Below, piece after piece: positions 52,283 to 62,509 of a DNA stretch of 64,000 bases (the stretch's first letter is position 1; each line of letters starts with the position of its first letter). The notes beneath the pieces were generated by a model that ran no database searches, was not told the DNA's origin, and saw nothing but the letters and a program-made list of their open reading frames with translations. This DNA is from Azolla caroliniana. Taxonomy: Eukaryota; Plantae; Polypodiophyta. A program made the translations under genes and the position numbers. The DNA is taken from the NCBI GenBank assembly GCA_043228905.1, contig JBHGNT010000013.1, forward strand, positions 3,472,001 to 3,536,000. The letters run 5' to 3'.

Positions 52283-53292
52283 TATTTTACTACAATATAT
52301 ACATATTTTAGTAATTGAATAATATATTCGTCAATCGATCAGTATATATCTAGTCATGAATGTTTAGCTAGAAGCAACTTAGAACTTAGAATTCTTTTAG
52401 GTGATGTGTAATATTGATTTGCTGGTGCTCAATGCTAATATATGATACATCCTTTTTTATTTATATTGCATTCTAAGAACCAACATAGCTCCCATTGTTA
52501 TCTAGAATAATAAATCTCTCATTGTTACTTAGAATTCATTTAGGTGATGTGTAATATTGATTTGGTGGTGCTCAATGCTCATATATGATACATCCTTTTT
52601 TATTTATATTGCATTCTAAGAACCAACATAGCTCCCATTGTTATCTAGAATAATATAGCTCTCATTGTTAGGTGAATGTCCCTTGGGCACCAATATAGCC
52701 ATCTCTACTATGCTTTAAGAGACAACCAATTTTACTTATTTATTATCTCCTAACTAATGGGAAAGTAGCCCCTATTTTGGAAAAAAAAAGAAAAAAAAAG
52801 AGAACCAATTTTAAATGATTAATTATTATATTTGCATCATAACACTTCCTTGGTGAATGATGTCAATGGCCTCATCATCATGAGCCCTTTGATTACTTAT
52901 GCACATATACATGACCAATATCACCTACTTAAACATTACTGATATGGCACATGGCCGTATAAGGATTCTTTGTCCATAGTCAACCATTATCTCTAGTTCT
53001 ATACAGGAAGACCTTATGATTATTATTCGGACAAGATGAATCCAAACGAGATTGTATCGTGAAATAAATACAACTTTGTTAGATAGAATAGCTTTTTAAG
53101 TGATCTCATATTTACACACCACAACTCTGTTTAACCAATGTTTTGTGTTTTGTGCATGTAGATGCTATGTCTAACCTAAAGTTGGACGATTTAAAGAACA
53201 AGGTGAAATTGTTGGAAGAACAACTTGCATCGATTGAAGCTATGTTCATGCTCATTGATCATGTTGAACATAATGCCTATTCAAAAAACTAA
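52103..53292 (+). other. Possible two-exon small coiled-coil ORF or pseudogene (52103-52238 plus 53162-53292, 88 aa)
   Basis: An in-phase GT-AG join gives ...LHLSDAMSNLKLDDLKNKVKLLEEQLASIE...; no family recognised. Confidence 0.3.
52384..52670 (+). repeat. Tandem duplication of about 144 bp
   Basis: ACTTAGAATTC..TAGGTGATGTGTAATATTG...CTCATTGTTA occurs twice. Confidence 0.85.
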
Positions 53293-53567
53293 AGTCAAAT
53301 TGACAAACTATAATTTCCTTACTCTTTTAATATAACCAATTCTATAAAGTTAGGATCTATGATTCCTTGTATAGCTAAAATTTGCCATAATCATTCATAC
53401 GATGTATAAATCAAGAAAAAAGTATTTAGAAAAAAAGTGTGTTGTTGTGGAGTATGCACAAAAGATAAGTCTTCATACCTGCGAAGAAATAAAAGCTCTT
53501 CAATAATTTAGAAATCAATTCAATCCTTTGAGATCTAAAATTAAGGCAAACTCAAAGAGTTGGCAAA

Positions 53568-53636
53568 TGGTAGGTGTTGAGAGTCGAACTCAACTTCCCT
53601 TAATAATAGGTTTCACACTAGCTCATGGACATACCA
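53568..53636 (-). other. tRNA-like cloverleaf at the 5' end of the RTEX-like LINE
   Basis: T-arm GTTGAG-TTCGACT-CTCAAC; acceptor-like GGTATGT/ACCTACC-A; CCT-ATTATTA-AGG arm. Confidence 0.55.
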
Positions 53637-54040
53637 GGCTAGTTTTGTAAATTGTAGAAAGGGCACTTGCCCTAGGTTAGTTGGTATTTAAACCAACCCT
53701 TTGTAATTTTGTTAATGTTGGATGTAATACATAGTTATCTCTGTCTTAAGCTCTCTCTCTCTCTCTCTCTCTCTTTCAAAGCTCTTTGTAAGTTCACTCC
53801 GGCCATCGTTTTCTACGTTCTATAGCTCGTTGGAAAGCTCTTTGAGAGAGCTTTCTAAAGAATGTTCATTTACTGAATTCCGTTACCGTGGCGAGAAGTT
53901 ATGAGCATTTTCATCTGCAACCATCTTTGCCCCACGGTTCCTCAAACGGAAGGTAGATTTTGAAGCCCTAAATCGAGTGAAAGGTACATTCTCTCTCCTT
54001 CCCTCTCAGTCTCTCTCTTCCCGTAGGGTTTTTCCCTACA

Positions 54041-54910
54041 ATGGCAAATACTCGTAAAACCGCCACAAAGTTCGGGGGTATGATTGATAATGAGCCAAGA
54101 TCACCAACAAATCTCGATTCTAATGCAATGGACAAAATGCTTATGAGTCACTTGATTTCTCTTCAAGAAACCATAAACAAGCAAGGTGAAGAGATTAGGA
54201 TGTTAATGAAAGAGAATACTAAGCTCCAAAATGTTGTCATTGAGAATGAAAGGCTTAAACAAGTGGTTGCAAAACTTCAAGAAGAGATTCAAGAATGTAA
54301 AAGAGCTTCTTTTGAAACAAATGAGTGCCTTAACAAGATTGAGTTAAAGGAAGCATTAAAAGAAGAAAAATTGGACACGATGAGGCGGGATGTAAGTGAG
54401 ATGAAAAATGTATGTACAACGAAGTCATGGGCAGATGTATGTGGTGGGAATGTGCTATCAAACTCATCTAATATGCATGTGATGCATCAAGAGAAGAATA
54501 TAGAAAGCATAGATGTCCGAGAATTGAAAGAACGTGAACGAAGATCAAAGAACATTGTCATCCGTGGGATTAAAGAAGAGAGTATGGAAACACCCGCATC
54601 CCTTGGAAAGGCCATTGGTGAATTTTTTAGCATGCATTATGGGATGTCAGATGTGAATGTATATGGGGCACACCGAGTTGGGAAACATGGTGTTACTCGC
54701 TCCGGAGAAAGGCCTATTGTATGCACAATGACAGATGATACAAAGCGGCGGATCATACTCGAAAATAGTTGGGTATACCTCAAAGGCACACAATGCTTTG
54801 TGAGTGAAGATCGTACAATCTCACAACAAAATGCTCGTCGTAAAGCATATGAAGAAAGATTGAAAAATAAGGTTAAGGATGTGCCTAAAGATGGAAATGT
54901 AGCCAAATAG
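54041..54910 (+). CDS. LINE ORF1 (coiled coil plus RRM/CTD-like region)
   Basis: Intact 289 aa. Coiled coil, then KSWADV, ERERRSKNIVIRGIKE, AHRVGK, RPIV and VSEDRT. Confidence 0.85.
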   Translation: MANTRKTATKFGGMIDNEPRSPTNLDSNAMDKMLMSHLISLQETINKQGEEIRMLMKENTKLQNVVIENERLKQVVAKLQEEIQECKRASFETNECLNKIELKEALKEEKLDTMRRDVSEMKNVCTTKSWADVCGGNVLSNSSNMHVMHQEKNIESIDVRELKERERRSKNIVIRGIKEESMETPASLGKAIGEFFSMHYGMSDVNVYGAHRVGKHGVTRSGERPIVCTMTDDTKRRIILENSWVYLKGTQCFVSEDRTISQQNARRKAYEERLKNKVKDVPKDGNVAK

Positions 54911-56885
54911 GGACACGTGATCTATGAGACTAATCCATACCTTTTACGACTATGCTTTTGGAATTGCAATGGATACCCATGGAATGCGGGATTTGGCATA
55001 GATGGGTTCACCGATGACTCGGATATCACACTTCTTGTTGAAACATGGGAGCATGATGCTCAAAGGATTCAAGGTTTAGGAAACTATAATGTACACTCTT
55101 TGATATGGAAGAAAAATCCAAGACAAAGAAGAGGACAAGGAGGGGTGGCATGTTTGATTAAGAAGGAAATAGAGAAATATGTGTCAATCATAAAAAATGA
55201 TGAAAATAAATGCTACAGATGGCTCAAAATAGAAACACCTAATGATTTGCCCAGTTTTGTAGTTGGATGTTACATTCCTCATCAAGATTCTAACTTTTAT
55301 GCTTGTTTGGATAAAGATCAACCGTTTGCCAATATAATGAATGCTCGTACAAGAAGATGATATTGCTTATTTCAAATCCAAAGGGGAAGTTATTGTCTTT
55401 GGTGACATGAATGCTCGTACAAGAAGTTTCCAACTTGATTCACAAGAATCTTTCATGCCACATATCTCAAGGATGCAAGAGGATATGCAAATGTATAACC
55501 GCTCTTCTAGCGATGAAAAAGATCCGGACCAATTTGGGAAGTTACTCCTACAAATGTGCAATAGTACCGGATTGCTTATTGCAAATGGTATTTCCTTATG
55601 GCCCAACACTAATGGTTTTACATGTAGAAAACACAACGGAAATAGTGTGATTGACTATGTGCTACTTTCCGAAGGTATTTTGGATCGTATACATAAATTC
55701 TCACTTGGTGAATGGACATCGGAATACGATCATAGGCCTTTATGTATTGATCTCAAATGTATGCATAGGTTTGGTTGTGAGAAGGCTATTGAAGATAATA
55801 AACAACCGCACTTGAGCATGAACCTTAAGCGAGCACCGATGTATTCCAAGATGGTTGAGGATATGTTACAAATGACAAAGATACAACATGGTGCCACACT
55901 AGAATGCAAATGGGAATCTTTCAAGAAAGTCATTCTCTCATGTACAAACAAATGTTTTTCGACCAACCGCACATCTTGGAAGTGCACCAAGAAACTTAGG
56001 AAAAAATGGTTTGATAAAGAATGTCGCGAAGCTCGAAAGTGCCTTATGGTTTTGGATGTAGTTAAGGATAAAGAGAATTACTAAAAGCATTTGCATGAGT
56101 ATAAATGGCTTATTCAAAGAAAGAGAAGAATATGGGAAGTTACTCAACAATTTATCCAAACGCAAGAGAAAACACATGCATGTGCTAAATTTTGGGGAAA
56201 TCTAAAGGGAAAACGTTGTCGTGAAGAAAACCGTCCACAAGCGGAATCGGTGCACCGGAGCGTAGGAACCGGCTCTTCATACACGTACGCCTTATGTTGT
56301 ACATAGAAGATCCTAGGTAGGTAGATTCGGTAGGTAGGAAGTTAATGGGAAACGGCTCCTTCCTTGCCTATAAAAGGAGGGAGACGAGGAGGGGAGAGGG
56401 GATCGCGGAATCAGAGAGGACGAAGTGTTGTCGGGTTGTTGGCCGAAGGCTTCTCTCTCTTCCAAACTCCATAGCTTCTTTCTGTGCAGGTTTCGGGAGG
56501 CTCGCGCTGCTCTGAGGAATGCCCGAGTGCTTCCGGCAACACCTCCAACCTACTCCTTTCTTTCTGTGCGTTTACGAACAGGCATCGGCATCTGTTCGCC
56601 GGCCTGTTCGTTTGTAAACGACTTCGTGCTTCTTGTTGTTTGTCTCTGTTAATATATACATACATACCTTCGTGTCTCTCTGCGTCGTGTCCCACTCGCG
56701 TCTTTGTGTCGAAGGGCCGTGTCCCTGTGAATCTACGCCCACTCGTAGTGGGTCCCTTCCCTTCTCCTTTGTCTCTTGCTCTTCGGTACAAGACCCCCGA
56801 GGTCCCGCCTCATTCCACGCATCTGCGAGGAATACCTCGACATCTTGGTGAACCCGACGTGAAGGAGGCGGCAGAAGAGCAGAAG

Positions 56886-59012
56886 ATGAGGGGGTCGGAT
56901 CTTGCAGAGGCCATGGCTTCGGCCGTGGATCGGATATTGAGCACACGCGAGGGCACCGGCGCCCTCGACAGAGCCATTGAGGCGGTTGTCGGTACGATCG
57001 GCCGGTTCAGCGGAAAGGATGCTACGAAGTATTTGGCGTCCTACGGGGCAGAAATGCTGATGCGGGACATTCCGGAAGAGAGGCGTCTTGCCGGGTTCCC
57101 TCGAGTGGCGATGCCGAGCATCCATGCGGAGGTGCTCGAGGTACGGGTGGAGAGCCGTACTTGGGAGGAGTTCGAAGGCCGACTCCTAGAGAAATACGGG
57201 CTGGACGACGCGCTCTGGCTTTCGAAACGGGACTTCATGGAATGGGTGGAGTCCCCCGGCAAGGGAAGAAACGCGTCGGCACTCCTCTGGGAGTTTGAGG
57301 AACGCTTTGCGCGCCTTTCGGCGCTTGACCGAACTGTTCTGGATACGAGCCGGGTCCTACTGTTCGTCAAGTCGGTGGACGAGCGGGACCGGGATCAAGT
57401 CGGCTCCTTGCCAGAAACCGAAGACGGGCTGATGACCGACTGGACTGCGGTTAAGAGAGTCTGTGGCTGTTTCGACAAACAGCGAGAATGGGCTGACAAC
57501 GGGGCGACCGGAGCGGGCTCTGTCACAGCAAGGAGGCTTGAACCGGCACCACAAGGGCGAAGGGCAGAGACCCGGGAGTGGCTCGAAACCGGTTCGGCTT
57601 CGACCGGCATGGTCAATGACTCGTTCGGAGGAGCAGCGCTGGAGGAGTTGACGTGGGCGATAAAGGATCTCCAGATCGCCCAGACTCGAAGGGAAGGCGG
57701 CGAACCGGCTCGTGACCGACGGCCGACAGCAGGGAACAGGTGCATGTGGTGCGACGAGGTCGGCCACATTCGGAAGGACTACGGCGATTTCGCAGAGGTG
57801 TTGAGGAGCCGGGTGGTGTACCTGTGGGAAGGCCGGGTGCATGCCGACGATACCAGAAGGTCCCTAAACTGAAACGACAGGCGGGGAGGTATGAAGAGAC
57901 TGATGGAAGAGGCAGCGGCCCGACACGTGGAGGCCATCCACTACTCGGCGTCGACCGGTATTCGGGTCGGGGGCAGTGAGGCCCGAAAGGAGAGCAAAGA
58001 CGGATTCTGGTCGGCAATGCTGGAAGGCCTCGCCAGCGCACGGCTGAGGGAAGATGAAGCAGACCGCGCTGAGAAACGGGTCCGGGAAATAACCGGGTGG
58101 AGCGACCCGGTCGAGGAGAAGACGGGCTTCGTAGAAGCCGCCTACCAGAACTACGAGGCTCTGGTGGAAGACAAACGAGTGGGGAAAGTTGGAGCGGCCG
58201 GGCCCTCACAACGATATGAGACCCGATTCGGGCAACGACGGAACGATGTCGGTGGGTCCAGCACGCAAGATAACCCCAGGAAGGGCGGATACCGACTGGG
58301 GACGGAAATAGAAAGGACCACGGACCTACGAAAGGTCCTAGAAGAGCGGATCCTCGACAACAAAGTGGAGCTGTCATTGCGGGAGGTGCTAGGGATCGCT
58401 AAGAAGGAGTTCCACGACTCCATTGTGGACTTGGTGAAGCGGAAGAGGCTGTCGACAGAGACGGAACCGGAGAGACCGGTGGAGGTGCGGACGACGCACA
58501 TCGACGACTCGGCGCTGGCAGATGAGTGGGCGGAGAGCCACTATTCGAGGCCACACTGGGCCCGAGCGACCACGGAGACACCGGTAAAGATCGGAGATGT
58601 TCAGGAACCGGTGGTGGCATTGGTGGACCACGGTTCGGAAATAAACCTGATGTCCATGGACTTCTATAAGCAGGGAAAGTGGCCGATCAACACCAAGCAC
58701 GGGTGGAAGATACGGGCGGCGACGCGCGCCACCGAGGAACTGCACGGGGCCTGCCCGAACGTGCGAGTCAAGATCGGCGACGTCGAGATTGACCAACACT
58801 TCTTCGTATAGGAGACGTCCTCGCACCCGGTCATATTAGGGGAACCATACATCACGGCGGTGCGGATGGAGACCAAGGTGCTAGACAACGGTTCGGCCTA
58901 CGCGAGGGTCAAAAGCCAGGACAGGCGCCATTCGGTCCAATTTCTGACGGTGCGACCAAACCACGAGCGGAACCGCGAATCCCTGGGTGGCGAGAACCGG
59001 GAGGATTTTTAG
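56886..59012 (+). pseudogene. Gag-protease frame of element B (two premature stops)
   Basis: CMWCDEVGH knuckle and LVDHGSEIN protease motif. ORFs 56484-57872 and 57891-58811 share one frame, which ends at TAG 59010-59012. Confidence 0.88.
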
Positions 59013-59068
59013 AGAGGGCTGCCAAAGCGTGGGGCCGAGACAGTCCGGACACTCGGGAAAGACCCCAC
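59003..59068 (+). promoter_or_regulatory. Putative -1 frameshift signal (GGATTTT plus pseudoknot), element B
   Basis: Heptamer 59003-59009. Stem 1 GGGCTG/CAGTCC (59016-21 with 59041-46). Stem 2 GTGGGG/CCCCAC (59029-34 with 59063-68). The -1 frame is open from here. Confidence 0.75.
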
Positions 59069-62000
59069 AGCTGTACGATAGAACCGAAACCGAAGAAACC
59101 CTGTACGATAAGTAAAATTTTTTTTTGCTTCTCCGACAACGGAGGGTGTATGTTAGTCGGCATCGTTGGCCGAGAAAAGGCAAGGGCGGAAGTGCGACTT
59201 CGAGCGTGCGGAGTTCTCGGCCCGGACGAGGAAATCAGCGGAGCCGTGGAGGCGGTCTCCTTCGACGACACCTTGGGAATGCTGAGGAAGGTAGCCGGAG
59301 AAGACCTTAACGAAGACCGGACGATACCGGTATGTTCCAAAGAGATGTACGAAGTCATCGCGGACTTCAGTCAGGGGCTCGGGTTGGATCGGACGGCCCG
59401 AGTTAGCACGAAGTACAAGACTGTGGACCGGAAGGTAAGGCCAGTCGCGACACCCTTACCGGAGGACAGCGAGTCCCGAATCAGAGGGGTTGCGTCGGAC
59501 CCCAGTTTACGAGATCCGGTCTGCATAGGACACACCTTCACCGACGGGACGCTCCGGGAGCTCAAAATCGGTGGGGGCGGGTTCCTACTGTCGGCGGAGG
59601 AAGACCAGTTTCGGAGAATGCTCTGAAGGCACGGGAAAGCCTTCGCATTCTCACCGGGAGAGATCGGGTGCGTAGACCCGACAATCGTGGAGCCGATGGT
59701 GATATTCACGGTACTGCATGTGCCGTGGAATCTCAAGCCGATTCTAGTACCGAGAGCTCACATCCCGAAGTTGATGGAGCTATTGAGGCAGAAAGTCGAT
59801 ATGGGCATTCTCGAACCGTCGAGTGCCCCATACTCGAACCGATGGTTTACCGTACCAAAGAAAAACGGAACATTGCGCTTCATTCAAGACCTGCAGCCGG
59901 TCAACAGAGTGACCATTTGGAACGCAGGAATCGGACCGACCATAGACGAGTTCGCGGAGGTCTTCGCCGGAAGGTCGATTTACTCGGTCGGTGATCTGTA
60001 CTCGGGGTACGACCAGTTCCAGCTAGCCGTGGAGAGCAGAGACATTACGACGATGCGAACTCCCCTCGGCCTAGTGCGAATGTGTACCCTGCCACAAGGA
60101 GGGACCAACTCGGTGGCCCACATGGTGAATGCAATGAACAAGGTACTAAGGGATTGCATCCTGGACATCACCATGCCATTTCTAGACGACATCCCGATCA
60201 AGGGGTGCTTGGTGGAAGAGAAGGATGCAACACTCGGACCGGACGGATGCCGGCGATTCGTGGCAACACACATCGACGACTGCGAGAAGGTGCTACAAAG
60301 GCTAGAGGATGCGAGGCTCACCTTCTCCGGGGAGAAATCGGCCTTCGGGCAATCAGAAATCCTGGTGGTCGGACACCTATGTGGACCATATGGCCGGAAG
60401 CCGTCTCCGGCAAAGGTAGAAGCCATCTCCGCGATGAAGACCGACTGTAGCTCGGTTACGGAAGTCCGGAGGTTCCTGGCGGCGTGCGCATTCTACCACA
60501 TATGGATCCCGCATTACGCCCACATTGCGGAGCCGCTATACGGGTTGCTGAAGAAAGGGAGAAAATTTGAGTGGCGAGACGAGCACACGGAGTCGGTCCG
60601 GAAGTTGAAGGAAGCTCTTGCGGCAGCACCGACGCTCCGGAAGGCTGTCTACGGGAAGGGTACCCCGGTATACATAACGGTGGATACGAGTCCGACCGGG
60701 ATCGGATGGGTCGTCAACCAAGAAGACGAGGATGGCATTCGGTTCCCGATCCGATTCGGCGCGAAGGTCCTCAGTGAGCGACAGCGAGGGTACGCCCAGG
60801 TTAAACGCGAACTCTGGGGTATCGTTTCGGCAGTAATGGCCGACAAAGACTACCTGATCGGGACAGAAGTGATTATCGAGACGGATTGCCTCCCAATTCT
60901 CGGCATGGTTTCCGGATGCGCGACACCGGACCTGGCGATGCTCAGGTGGATAACATACATCAAGTTCCTGGACCCGGAAATACGACACATTTCCGGAAAG
61001 GACAACGCCATGGCCGACAAGCTTTCCAGGGCGAGGTTTGATGACGAGGGCGGCATGGTTTTGGAGGACGAAGAAGTCAGCGTGGACTTCTTCGAGGCAG
61101 CGTACGTGACGACCGATGGGACGAGCGCTCCGGCACTTAACGGCTTCGACGAGAGCAAGGACGACGGCGAGTGGCTCCAGATCGGTGGTTTCTTGAGGAC
61201 AATGACGCCGGATGCGTCGTGGACGAGGGACGAGGCCAACCGGATCCGGAAGAAAGCATACCGATTCTTTCTCCGGGACGGATACTTATGGAAGCACCCA
61301 AAGAAGAGGAACGACGTCCCGCTCCGGGTGGTGGCGATGAAGGAAGAACAGGAGGAGATGCTGACGGCCTACCACGACAGCCCTTGGGCTGGACACCGTG
61401 GAACGTGGGCCACGTTCGAGAAGATAATGGGCAAGTACTGGTGGCCGGGACTGTACCGGGACGTGCATCGGTCCGTGACAACTTGCGAGAGCTGTCAGAT
61501 GCACTCTGTAGTCCGACATCGGGACGAGCTTCACCCTACGTACCCTCCGACCATCCACTTCAAATGGATGGTAGACCTGGTGACGATGCCAATGGGAGTA
61601 GGACAGATGCGGTATCTGGTCCTGGCTCGGGAAGATCTGACGAACCAGGTAGAAGGCCGAGCCCTTCAGAACAAAACGTCCGCGGCCATATGTCGGTTCC
61701 TGATTGAGGACGTGATATGCCGGTACGGGTGCGTCGGGAAGATCGTGGCTGATCGCGGGGAGTTGGACGCCGAAGAGGCCGAGGAGCTGTTCGACCGGCT
61801 AGGGGTCAAGCTCTCGCTTACCACTACGTACAATCCGGAGGTGAATTGGAAGGTGGAGCGCGGACACGGACCGATCGTCAAGGCGTTAGTTCGGGCATGC
61901 GGAGGTCAAGTCGGGAACTGGCCGCAGCTGCTGCCTTACGCGTTGTGGGCGGACCGAACTACGCACAGTTCGGTAACCGGATTCATGCCGGCAGAGCTCA

Positions 62001-62509
62001 TGTTTGGGCAGAAGCCGGTCATGCCGATGGAACGTACGATCTCCTCGTGGGCAACCGTGGACTGGAGAGACGAGATGAGCCGGGAGGAACTGTTGGCGGC
62101 GCGCATACGACAGCTCGAGCGAAGACCGGGGGACGTGGAGCAGGCTGTGGGAAAGCTTCGGGTGGCAAGGACGAGGAACAAAGCCCGGTTTGACCAGACG
62201 CACCGGCTCCAACCAAAGAAGATCGAGGAAGGCGACTGGGTGCTAGTCTACGATAGCAGCCTCGACAACCAGCACCGAGCGACACGGAAGTTCGCAAGAA
62301 GGTGGTTCGGGCCTTACGTGGTACAAAGCGCCAACGACAACGGGACGTACCATCTGGCGGAGCTCGACGGCACGAGAATGGCGATACTGGTAGCTGGGAA
62401 GCAGATCAAAGCGTTCAAGAAGCGTCACGACGACGAGCCGGATCCGGTTAACCTGGACCACGACGACGAACGATCCGAAACCGAGGAAGAACCGACGGGC
62501 GGGGAATGA
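59009..62509 (+). pseudogene. Pol (RT-RNase H-integrase) of element B; one premature TGA at 59624
   Basis: GDLYSGYDQF, PQGGTNS, PFLDD; HHCC (YHDSPWAGH..CESC); WMVDL..ADRGE..VER; WFGPY; no chromodomain. Confidence 0.95.
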
